Source of the DNA: a virus
Taxonomy: Duplodnaviria; Caudoviricetes
DNA length: 64,000 nucleotides
IMG/VR virus record: IMGVR_UViG_3300011113_000415
Direction: 5' to 3' (one strand)
In this document: positions 14,756-22,923 of the stretch, one piece after another
How positions within the stretch are numbered: the stretch's first letter is position 1
Layout: each line of letters opens with the position of its first letter
Program-made: the position numbers and the translations under genes
Notes under the pieces: generated by a model
The model's input: only the letters and a program-made list of their open reading frames with translations
Databases searched by the model: none
What the model was told of the DNA's origin: nothing

Positions 14756-14845
14756 GGAACGGTCCCATAATGGTATTGGAGCAGATTGCTAATCTGTCGG
14801 CTGGTTTAATCCGGCTTCGGGGTTCAAGTCCCCGTCGTTCCGCCA
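14756..14845 (+). tRNA. tRNA-Ser(GCT)
   Basis: long variable arm, G73, CCA. Confidence 0.93.
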
Positions 14846-14851
14846 AGTAAA

Positions 14852-14926
14852 GCGGGTATTATTCAGTGGTAGAATATCTCGTTGCCAACGAGACTGTCGT
14901 CGGTTCGAACCCGACTACCCGCTCCA
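14852..14926 (+). tRNA. tRNA-Gly(GCC)
   Basis: GCGGGTA/TACCCGC, U73, CCA. Confidence 0.93.
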
Positions 14927-14931
14927 AGTTG

Positions 14932-15120
14932 AGTAAAGAAAGCGTGTTAAAAACTCATTGACGATGGGCCCAACTATCAGGGACACTATTTAATCCAGAG
15001 CCGCTGACCGGGCGAAAGCCGCAGGAGGACTGCTAGTCACAGTAGAATCATGCTTGTGGAGGGAAGGGAGTGCAGACATGTATTCCGCACCCTTAAACAT
15101 GGGATAGTGCTTTCTTTATT
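14932..15120 (+). ncRNA. structured RNA closed by a 14-bp terminal helix
   Basis: 14932-45 pairs with 15107-20; internal GGC-GAAA-GCC and AAGGG..GTGC/GCAC..CCCTT helices. Confidence 0.5.
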
Positions 15121-15125
15121 TCACT

Positions 15126-15199
15126 GCTCCTATAGTATAAAGGAATTACACCGTCTTGGTAAGGCGGAAACCCAGGATCGTTACCCGGTAGGAGCACCA
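15126..15199 (+). tRNA. tRNA-Thr(GGT), non-canonical T loop
   Basis: CCGTC-TTGGTAA-GGCGG; T loop ATCGTTA; CCA. Confidence 0.85.
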
Positions 15200-15200
15200 A

Positions 15201-15902
15201 TTACTTGACTGTGGCCAATCCAAGGTTCCGAAGAATACAAATGTACATCCAACCTATGTCAAACTCCCACCAGTTTCTACTGAGGCGAGCACTGGCTGGA
15301 TCCAAGTGGTGGTTGTTGTGTAGTTCTTCGCCACCAATCACGATACCCCAGGGACTGATATTTCTACTGAGATCTCGGGTTTCTCCATTTCTATAGCCCC
15401 ACCAGTGTGCTAGACCGTTGACGACACCAGCGGCCCAGAACGGTATCCATATTATCTGTATGAGCCAAATTATGGCGCCAACCCAACCAAAGAGCCAGAG
15501 GTTGAACACAAGGCAAATGCCAAGCCCAAGTCCGGAGTGAGGAGTGTATATGTTACGCTCCAACCAGTCACTAGGAGTGCCACGACCATATGTATCAACC
15601 ATGTCCGTATCTTTTGCGGCTTCATTGTATAACCATGCTCCTCGAAACAAAACTTGCCAGATTCCATACACATGTGGACTGTGCGGATCACCTGCCCGAT
15701 CACTGTATCTATGATGCTTGCGGTGTATGGCCACCCATTGCTTTGTGACCATGCCTGTTGTGAGCCACAGCCAGGTTCGCATGAAGTGTTCTATTAGGGG
15801 ATGAAATGTCACAGATCGGTGTGCTTGTGATCTATGCAAATACAGTGTGACGCAGGCTATGGTGATGTGTGTGGCGATTAAAGTGTATAGGAGTTCTGTC
15901 AT
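15201..15902 (-). CDS. membrane fatty acid (delta-9 acyl-CoA/acyl-lipid) desaturase
   Basis: three His boxes HRSQAH, HRKHH, HNNHH plus TM segments. Confidence 0.93.
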   Translation of the reverse strand: MTELLYTLIATHITIACVTLYLHRSQAHRSVTFHPLIEHFMRTWLWLTTGMVTKQWVAIHRKHHRYSDRAGDPHSPHVYGIWQVLFRGAWLYNEAAKDTDMVDTYGRGTPSDWLERNIYTPHSGLGLGICLVFNLWLFGWVGAIIWLIQIIWIPFWAAGVVNGLAHWWGYRNGETRDLSRNISPWGIVIGGEELHNNHHLDPASARLSRNWWEFDIGWMYICILRNLGLATVK

Positions 15903-15913
15903 CTCTTACTTAT

Positions 15914-15988
15914 GGGTCCTTAGTTCAATGGATAGAATGCCTGGCTTCGAACCAGGTGGTGTGGGTTCAATTCCTGCAGGACCTGCCA
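15914..15988 (+). tRNA. tRNA-Arg(TCG)
   Basis: CCTGG-CTTCGAA-CCAGG, CCA. Confidence 0.9.
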
Positions 15989-15991
15989 AAT

Positions 15992-16067
15992 GCCCCTTAA
16001 ACTAATCTAGTGAAAGTGCGGGACTGAAAATCCCGAAAGCCAGGAGCGTAACCTGGAGGGGGCACCA
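15992..16067 (+). tRNA. tRNA-Phe(GAA), non-canonical T loop
   Basis: CGGGA-CTGAAAA-TCCCG; T loop AGCGTAA; CCA. Confidence 0.88.
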
Positions 16068-16079
16068 ACTAAATATCAT

Positions 16080-16463
16080 ATGTCTTACAAAACCTACTAC
16101 TGCGAGCACTGTAGATCCCCTTATGGCTGGGTGCAACAAGAACAAACACCGGGCTATTGCAGTACCCGATGCCGCAGTGCAGACTCAAGTCGTCAGGCAA
16201 AGAAATCATTTGATCAGATACAACTGGATCGAATAGCCAGTAGAATTCCAGCAAGTGCAAAAAATTCAGAAACCCTGGCACCGCGTCAAGACCGTGAGCC
16301 AACGCCGTTGCGCGAACAACGCTGTGAGTGCTGTGGTATAACAGAACACAATGGCCTGCCCATCCGGTTTCGTTGGTTCCGCATTGATGGCAACGAGTAC
16401 AATGACAATCCGCCCAATTTAAGACTGTTATGCCCTAACTGCTTGAGTCAACAAACTACCTAG
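16080..16463 (+). CDS. zinc-binding, degenerate HNH-like protein
   Basis: CEHC, CSTRC, CECCG...IDG...NLRLLCPNCLSQ; catalytic His positions substituted. Confidence 0.65.
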   Translation: MSYKTYYCEHCRSPYGWVQQEQTPGYCSTRCRSADSSRQAKKSFDQIQLDRIASRIPASAKNSETLAPRQDREPTPLREQRCECCGITEHNGLPIRFRWFRIDGNEYNDNPPNLRLLCPNCLSQQTT

Positions 16464-16472
16464 GATTTTGCT

Positions 16473-16655
16473 ATGACCCGGACCTTGATTTGGGTGTTAT
16501 CGTTTAGTGTGCTGGGCCCTGTACCCGAAAGCGGAGAACTGGCCAAGTACAAAACTCAAGCAGAATGCGAACAAGCAAAAATTCAAAAACGCGAAGAGTA
16601 TCAGGCTCAGAAAAAACGCATTGTGGCCAGTTGTCATCCCAGCACCAAAGGTTGA
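16473..16655 (+). CDS. small protein with hydrophobic N-terminus
   Basis: AGGA RBS. Confidence 0.6.
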   Translation: MTRTLIWVLSFSVLGPVPESGELAKYKTQAECEQAKIQKREEYQAQKKRIVASCHPSTKG

Positions 16656-16680
16656 CAAACAATCAAAATAAATATATAAT
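16652..16680 (+). promoter_or_regulatory. consensus sigma70 promoter of the permuted tmRNA
   Basis: TTGACA-N17-TATAAT. Confidence 0.88.
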
Positions 16681-16686
16681 ACTGAG

Positions 16687-16751
16687 AACAGCGTAAACTG
16701 CGATTCAGAAAAGGATTCAAGACGGCGGGGCAGTGCCGCCCAGGTCCACCA
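16687..16751 (+). ncRNA. ssrA: two-piece tmRNA, acceptor piece
   Basis: GAC-GGCGG-GGCAGTG-CCGCC T arm then CAGGTCC-A-CCA, complementary to 17134-40 with G3:U70. Confidence 0.85.
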
Positions 16752-16763
16752 TAAGGAAGTTTG

Positions 16764-17132
16764 ATGCGTATTACTGAGATTGCTAATACAAAACTATCAT
16801 TTAAAACAACAAAAGGCAGTAATGCTATTGGTGTTGAAATGAACGTTGACGGGCAATACGCAGGGATGTTTCAATACGATGCAGGTAACGGAAGAAGTTT
16901 AGTAGAGTTAGATCCAGACTTTCAAGGCAAAGGTTTGGGTAAAATTCTAATACTAAAAGAAATCTATACTGCTATCATGTCTGGATTAGACTATGTAGAA
17001 GATGAGTCACGCACCCAAGCATTTGATAATGCTATGAATAGTTTGGCAGACGCTGGTTACATAGTCAATGATGACGAGTATTGGTATGTCACTAGTGAAG
17101 GTGAGCAATATCTCAAACAAGTTTCTTTATGA
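16764..17132 (+). CDS. GNAT-like acetyltransferase inside the tmRNA intervening segment
   Basis: ELDPDFQGKGLGKIL acetyl-CoA motif A; AAGGA RBS right after the CCA; stop 1 nt before tmRNA G1. Confidence 0.75.
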   Translation: MRITEIANTKLSFKTTKGSNAIGVEMNVDGQYAGMFQYDAGNGRSLVELDPDFQGKGLGKILILKEIYTAIMSGLDYVEDESRTQAFDNAMNSLADAGYIVNDDEYWYVTSEGEQYLKQVSL

Positions 17133-17133
17133 T

Positions 17134-17314
17134 GGGCCTGACACAGGATCGATTGGGTCAAGAGTAGGGATAGTGGCGCTCGGTAAGGTAGAAGCCGTTA
17201 GGGTTGGGAGTTCCCAGCCGAAGAAGCAAAAAAAGTAAAGGCAAACGACTCACAGTTCCAATTGGCCGCGTAAAGTAGCCTAGGGTAGGAAATACCTCGT
17301 AACAGAAACCACCA
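17134..17314 (+). ncRNA. ssrA: two-piece tmRNA, coding piece (tag ANDSQFQLAA)
   Basis: GGGCCTGA..GGATCGA 5' end; tag frame 17241-17273 GCAAACGAC...GCCGCGTAA; TTGGGTC pairs with GATTCAA 16714-20. Confidence 0.9.
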
Positions 17315-17315
17315 A

Positions 17316-17339
17316 GGCCCGCTTCGGTGGGCTTTTTTC
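17316..17339 (+). terminator. intrinsic terminator after the tmRNA
   Basis: GGCCCGC-TTCG-GTGGGCT followed by a T run. Confidence 0.85.
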
Positions 17340-17355
17340 TTGGCTAAATATCGGC

Positions 17356-17940
17356 ATGATAGTTTATATTCACGGTGCCAGTGCCACTGCCGAAAGTTTC
17401 ACACACATAAGAGAATACGTTAGAGAGCATACAGAACTGCCAGACACTGCCTTGGAATACAAGAGCGATGATGGTTTTGATCATAACCTTGGCCGCATGA
17501 TGGGACAACTGGATGACGCTGAACGGCTGTTCTTTGTGAGTCACAGCCTGGGTGGTATCTATGCCTTGTGCTTGGCCAACCACTATCGTGATCGTACCTT
17601 GGGCGGGGTGAGTCTCTCAACACCCTATGGTGGAAGCAAACAAGCAGACTTTGCCAGATACTTTTTGCCATTCAATCAACTGATGAAAGACATTGGTACC
17701 ATGAGTGAGCCCATGGCCGAATCAAGACGACTACCAGCACCCCCACGTTGGACCAATGTTGTGACCACAGTGGGCGACAGTCCTTGGATAACCGAGCCCA
17801 ATGATGGCGTGGTCACACTGGCCAGCATGCGAGCAAGAAAAGACTTTGAACTGGTAGAACTGCCACTGAACCACTATGAAGTGGTACTCAGCAATCAAGT
17901 GGTGCGCTTGATCCTAGACAGAATCAATGGTGCCTTATGA
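17356..17940 (+). CDS. alpha/beta hydrolase
   Basis: IHGA, SHSLGG nucleophile elbow, NDGVV, NHYE. Confidence 0.88.
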   Translation: MIVYIHGASATAESFTHIREYVREHTELPDTALEYKSDDGFDHNLGRMMGQLDDAERLFFVSHSLGGIYALCLANHYRDRTLGGVSLSTPYGGSKQADFARYFLPFNQLMKDIGTMSEPMAESRRLPAPPRWTNVVTTVGDSPWITEPNDGVVTLASMRARKDFELVELPLNHYEVVLSNQVVRLILDRINGAL

Positions 17941-18659
17941 AACCTGTACTGATCCTACAACATCAAACACCCGAACGTCCGGCTTATCTTGTGACATGGT
18001 TGACGCAACATAACATTCCTTATGAAACACGCTGTGCTGGCAGTGGTCAAGAGTTTCCCCAAAGCATAGAACCTTACTCGGCCCTGGCTGTGATGGGTGG
18101 TGGCATGAGTGCCAATGATCCGTTGTTGAGCAATCGTCAAGCAGAAATACTAATACTACAGGCCGTGAGGCAAGACCGTCCAGTGATAGGACATTGCTTG
18201 GGCGGACAACTGATGACTCGTGCCCTGGGCGGGCATGTGAGCCTGTCACCACAGCCCGAAATAGGCTGGCAACACATAGACTACGAAGATAATTCCTTGG
18301 TCACTCATTGGTTTGGTGCTGACCCCACACCCCGGGTAATACAGTGGCACTATGAAGCATTCAGCGTACCCCCGGGTGCCACACGATTGGCAGGATCACG
18401 ATCTTGCCCCAACCAAGCCTGGTGCCTGGGCCCGCATTTGGCCATGCAATTTCACATCGAAATTGATGCAGTCAAAGCCCAGGAATGGGCTGGAGACGAA
18501 GATCCCAAATGGGCCGCGGCCCGTGCCCAGTATGTCTCAGTGCAGGACAGCAAGGCCATCCTGGAGGGAATTGAGCCTTATCTTGCGCACCATCAGGCCA
18601 CTGCTGATCATGTTTACCAAACTTGGCTAAAAACCACACACTGGGCCAGAAACTTGTAA
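17937..18659 (+). CDS. type 1 glutamine amidotransferase-like protein
   Basis: GHCLGGQ, QWHYE, MQFHIE. Confidence 0.9.
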   Translation: MKPVLILQHQTPERPAYLVTWLTQHNIPYETRCAGSGQEFPQSIEPYSALAVMGGGMSANDPLLSNRQAEILILQAVRQDRPVIGHCLGGQLMTRALGGHVSLSPQPEIGWQHIDYEDNSLVTHWFGADPTPRVIQWHYEAFSVPPGATRLAGSRSCPNQAWCLGPHLAMQFHIEIDAVKAQEWAGDEDPKWAAARAQYVSVQDSKAILEGIEPYLAHHQATADHVYQTWLKTTHWARNL

Positions 18660-18702
18660 ACCAAATAGTTGGCTGTGGCGTTGTATATGTAAGGAGACAG
18701 CA

Positions 18703-18867
18703 ATGAAACCCATATACAACTGTTTTGCACACAAGCCCGGCAAAAATGAAATACCTCGTCAAACATTTGACTGGAGTAGAGTACAATATCTTCCAGATTG
18801 TGATCGCAAAAGAACTACCATGTGCCGTGTTCCTTCAAATCGTAGTGTTCAAAAAACTTTGATTTGA
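18703..18867 (+). CDS. small hypothetical protein
   Basis: TAAGGAG RBS, 54 codons. Confidence 0.4.
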   Translation: MKPIYNCFAHKPGKNEIPRQTFDWSRVQYLPDCDRKRTTMCRVPSNRSVQKTLI

Positions 18868-18914
18868 TTTTTCTAGACCAATAAATATCTGCCAAACAAC
18901 TCAGTAAGGCAGCA

Positions 18915-20588
18915 ATGAAAAATAGATTTGAAGAACTTGAAACACTAGTATCAAAATTTACCAAACAACTACCCCCTGGCACACACTACGCCAACAGACT
19001 TGAGCAAGAACTAGAACTCATAGTTCAACTCAACTTTGCCAAACACTTTTTGCGTGTGAGAGAAATACTAGATCTCACCCAAGACATACCACACATCACT
19101 CGAGGTTCAGCAGGTTCCAGCCTGGTGTGCTGGATGATGGGCATAAGTGATGTGGATCCTGTGGCCGAACACATACCACTTTCACGGTTCATGAATCCGC
19201 GTCGTGACGATTTGCCGGACATTGATCTTGACTTCCCACACTGGCAACAGGAAGAAGTCATGAATCGCATATATCGACGCTGGCCCGGACAGAGTGCTAG
19301 AGTATCAAACTATGTGACCTACAAAGAAAAATCAGCACGTCGTGAAGCAGCCAAACGCCTGGGTGCCGAAGGCCGGTTGGATCGCAACTTTCGCTTTGAA
19401 GATGTTGTGCCCGACTATGTGGCAGATGCTGAACGACTCACAAACAAGTTGCTGGGCAAGAAACGTTGTATATCAAAGCACTGTGGTGGCATATTGATTT
19501 TTGATCGACCAGTGCCGCCCAGTTTGATCAATGGTGAAAATCAAATCTTGTTGGACAAGTATGAGATTGAAGATCTAGAACACTTCAAGATCGACATTTT
19601 GGCCAATCGTGGTTTAAGTCAACTGTGGGAAATAGACCAGCGTGACCTGTTGGACTACCCTGAGCAGGACGAAGCCACTGCTCAACTGCTTGGTAGTGGC
19701 AATGTGCTGGGTGTGACACAGGCTGAGTCACCGGCCATGCGACGCCTGTTTCGAGCCATAAGGCCACAAAGTCGTGCTGACTGTGTGTTGGGCACTGCAC
19801 TCATACGCCCGGTGGCCACACAAGGGCGCAGGCGAGCCAGTTTCTTTCAAGACTGGTCAAAAGATCGTTTTGAAGATACCATTGTGTTTGAAGACGATGC
19901 CATAAGACTCATTGCCGACATCTTGAACTGCGATGAGTACACAGCCGACATGTGGCGTCGTGCGTTTGCCAAAAAGAACGAAGAAAAAATGTTTGAGTTC
20001 ATGACCTTGGTGGGTGATCATCCCCGGCGTGATGATGTGTTTGCCGCACTACGAGAACTCAGTCACTTTGGCTTGTGTCGTGCTCATGCCATCAACCTGG
20101 GTAGGTTGATCTGGGCCTTGGCCTATCAAAAAGCACACAACCCTATCAAGTTTTGGCAGGCCGCACTCAAGCACTGTCAAGGTAGTTATGCTAGATGGGT
20201 GTATTGGCAAGAGGCCAAACTGGCCGGTGCGGTGCCTGCCTTGATCGAAGGCAACGAAGTGGCAGACCTGGCTGCCACCGGGCGTTGGCAGTCACCACGA
20301 TTTATTCCGGTATGTCAGGAAATACGCAGGCCCGGAGAAGTGGAATTTTGTGGCTTGGTGGCCAACTATCGTGTGTTCAAGAGTTCGCCCAAAGAGTACA
20401 TTACCTTTGTGACCCTGGGCACAGGCAATGGTCGATATTTGGATGTGGTTGTGCCACGTGCCATGAGTTTTCAAGAACATCCAATCTTGTGGGGAATGGG
20501 CAAATTGGACTACAAAAACAACACAGAATATGTTATACTTAAACGTCATAAAAGACTACGATTACAAGAAGTTGCTCACATACAATGA
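18915..20588 (+). CDS. dnaE: compact DnaE-type (C-family) DNA polymerase without PHP domain
   Basis: RGSAGSSL, PDIDLDF, SKHCGG, KIDILANRGL; C-terminal OB-fold-like region. Confidence 0.88.
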   Translation: MKNRFEELETLVSKFTKQLPPGTHYANRLEQELELIVQLNFAKHFLRVREILDLTQDIPHITRGSAGSSLVCWMMGISDVDPVAEHIPLSRFMNPRRDDLPDIDLDFPHWQQEEVMNRIYRRWPGQSARVSNYVTYKEKSARREAAKRLGAEGRLDRNFRFEDVVPDYVADAERLTNKLLGKKRCISKHCGGILIFDRPVPPSLINGENQILLDKYEIEDLEHFKIDILANRGLSQLWEIDQRDLLDYPEQDEATAQLLGSGNVLGVTQAESPAMRRLFRAIRPQSRADCVLGTALIRPVATQGRRRASFFQDWSKDRFEDTIVFEDDAIRLIADILNCDEYTADMWRRAFAKKNEEKMFEFMTLVGDHPRRDDVFAALRELSHFGLCRAHAINLGRLIWALAYQKAHNPIKFWQAALKHCQGSYARWVYWQEAKLAGAVPALIEGNEVADLAATGRWQSPRFIPVCQEIRRPGEVEFCGLVANYRVFKSSPKEYITFVTLGTGNGRYLDVVVPRAMSFQEHPILWGMGKLDYKNNTEYVILKRHKRLRLQEVAHIQ

Positions 20589-20926
20589 AAACCTACGCTA
20601 GGCTCCATGTTTATCCGCATCAGGAACCCCAGGGTCGTGCCTATATAGTGGCTGACGCTCAAGCCTTGAGGGCTCTTGCAGATCTGTGCAGAACAGCCAG
20701 CCATAGTATGACCGGTATGGAAACAGCCACTTTCTTTGGCAGTGATGGTCATGAGTATGAATTGGCTGTGGTTTCTGATACCACTGAATCAGAATGGCAA
20801 CAGTTGCGTTTGCCTGGACTTGATATTCAAGCACCAAAAAAACTACTTGTGGTCCAGAATTTTGATGAACTTGTTAAACAATCTCAAAAGGAGAAAAACT
20901 CATGTCAACACTCAGTAGTGAACTAG
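20585..20926 (+). CDS. hypothetical protein
   Basis: ATGA overlap with dnaE. Confidence 0.7.
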   Translation: MKTYARLHVYPHQEPQGRAYIVADAQALRALADLCRTASHSMTGMETATFFGSDGHEYELAVVSDTTESEWQQLRLPGLDIQAPKKLLVVQNFDELVKQSQKEKNSCQHSVVN

Positions 20927-21135
20927 CAGTAGAACGCATTGGCAATCGTTATGATTTAATTTTGGTTGCCAGTCGCCGTGCCCGCGAACTTGGTCGCGGA
21001 GATAAGCCACGTGTAAACGCAGGAAGTAGCAATATCAGCACCGCCTTGATGGAAATCGAAGCAGGTGCTGTGGACCGTAGTTGGCTGTACAAGCCACAAG
21101 ATTTGTTAACAGCCAGTCACCACAGAAAATATTGA
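20902..21135 (+). CDS. rpoZ: RNA polymerase omega subunit homolog
   Basis: AVERIGNRYDLILVASRRAREL...TALMEIEAG. Confidence 0.88.
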   Translation: MSTLSSELAVERIGNRYDLILVASRRARELGRGDKPRVNAGSSNISTALMEIEAGAVDRSWLYKPQDLLTASHHRKY

Positions 21136-21180
21136 TTTTTTAGATAAATATTTTGATAATTAAAATACAAGGAAATCAAA

Positions 21181-21441
21181 ATGTATACAAAACTTACCAC
21201 AATGACTTGGTCAACTGCTGAAGCCCAACTACTTCAACCCATTATGGATGCCAGGATTACATATTTAAACACTGCTATAACCTTGGGCACTACCGATGGC
21301 ATTCCAATAGTAATTTCTCCAACTGTGACCAAAAGAGTATGGACCACTCAGGCAGCAGCCGACGACTGGGCAACATTTATATCAGGACTGGCCACTGATA
21401 ATGGTGTAACATGTGATGTGGCTATCACTGACAACGTTTAA
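21181..21441 (+). CDS. hypothetical protein
   Basis: AAGGA RBS. Confidence 0.65.
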   Translation: MYTKLTTMTWSTAEAQLLQPIMDARITYLNTAITLGTTDGIPIVISPTVTKRVWTTQAAADDWATFISGLATDNGVTCDVAITDNV

Positions 21442-21446
21442 AACTT

Positions 21447-21611
21447 ATGACACTAAAACCAGGATCTTCTTATCGAATGAGCCGTGCCAACAAACGAATG
21501 TTGGCCACTATTGTTGATCGCCATAAACAAGGCGAGATCAAACGCACTGTGATTTCTGCAGATCTTTATGGTCGACAGTTTGTTTCCAAAAGTACCACAA
21601 AAAACAAATAG
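21447..21611 (+). CDS. small basic hypothetical protein
   Basis: 54-codon ORF filling the gap. Confidence 0.5.
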   Translation: MTLKPGSSYRMSRANKRMLATIVDRHKQGEIKRTVISADLYGRQFVSKSTTKNK

Positions 21612-21771
21612 TAAATCAATAGATTAATAAATAACTCAGCAACGCCGGGTACTTCCGACGTCAGTATCTAAGACGCTTGGAGTATTGACTCCTTTACCAT
21701 TGTGTTACAAATGGAACGCCGACTGTGTGTAGAATTCTTCTACTAGCAATTTTCCAATCAAAATAAGTCTA

Positions 21772-22923
21772 ATGATTTTTTACGATTTGAACGGTATAAA
21801 ATTCCATAGTCCTTTTGCGGCTTTTCTATACGGATCAATACATGATCCTCACACTTTTCCAAGATTTAATTTTTTTGATGCAGAATTTTCTCTCATTGAT
21901 TGGACGTCAGAACCCACGCTTAGTTTTCAAACACTGTGCGATCTACGTGCCCATCAGTTGCGAAACAAATATGACCGATTGATATTGTTATTCAGCGGCG
22001 GCACTGATTCTATCACTGTATACAACACCTTTGTGCGTAATAATATACACATAGATGAAATTGTTGTTGTGTATTCTGGCACGGACGCTGAAATATTTTT
22101 ACCAACTGATTTGGCTCGATGGGTTATAACAAATCATAAAGATAAAACAACAAAAATCACTCTAAGAACTTATCAAACCCATGATGATACTGTTGAATAT
22201 GAAAAAAGATTACTCAACGAAAATTTTCTAATAGAGGATGACGATAATTTTAGACATCAAGATGCTAAATTTTGTATGCCAGTTGTGCATAGCGAACTTA
22301 TCAACCAGTCTTACGATAACTATAGCCATTGTGTGATAACAGGCTTTGAAAAGCCTCGACTGATCGAACTTAATGATGGTTATTATTTTGAATTTTTGGA
22401 TAAAGTTTTTTCTAGTGTAATGATGCGCCAAAATATAGAATTCTTTTTTGTATCTCCTGACATGCCTGAATTACATGCCAAGCAATGCCACATGATGTTG
22501 AACTATTGTTTAAAAACCAACACAACATTTACAGAAATAGAAAAAATAGAAAATTACTATCTCAAGTGTGCTGTTCAGGGCCGCGATCCGGAACCAATGG
22601 TCTTGCGAGGACACAGTATGTTAGAGAAAACGGCTACTAGGCAGCATGCAAATAAAATTAATCAGATTAATTTTTCAAAAGAAATACCCTTGGCCTTTGT
22701 ACAACAAATGTTCCACAATCAGATCAGTTTGCCTTTTGCATCAGCAGTAGAACGTAAATCGCCTGCTTTTAGAAAATATGTCAATGGATGGAATGCAATT
22801 CAGTCCGATAAAACATTGGTATCATACATGGTACGCATGGGATTGCTTTCTTCACAAACACAACCAGTTCAATCATACCACGGCATTCGTTCAAAAGCCC
22901 ACAAAATCAAATGCCTGAACTGA
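21772..22923 (+). CDS. PP-loop (adenine nucleotide alpha-hydrolase-like) protein
   Basis: LLFSGGTDS PP-loop; ITGFEKP. Confidence 0.7.
   Translation: MIFYDLNGIKFHSPFAAFLYGSIHDPHTFPRFNFFDAEFSLIDWTSEPTLSFQTLCDLRAHQLRNKYDRLILLFSGGTDSITVYNTFVRNNIHIDEIVVVYSGTDAEIFLPTDLARWVITNHKDKTTKITLRTYQTHDDTVEYEKRLLNENFLIEDDDNFRHQDAKFCMPVVHSELINQSYDNYSHCVITGFEKPRLIELNDGYYFEFLDKVFSSVMMRQNIEFFFVSPDMPELHAKQCHMMLNYCLKTNTTFTEIEKIENYYLKCAVQGRDPEPMVLRGHSMLEKTATRQHANKINQINFSKEIPLAFVQQMFHNQISLPFASAVERKSPAFRKYVNGWNAIQSDKTLVSYMVRMGLLSSQTQPVQSYHGIRSKAHKIKCLN

Noticed and set aside
17306-17314. Second ACCA near the tmRNA 3' end suggesting a one-piece tmRNA
   Set aside because: No T arm or complement to GGGCCTG precedes it; the true acceptor strand is at 16741-51.
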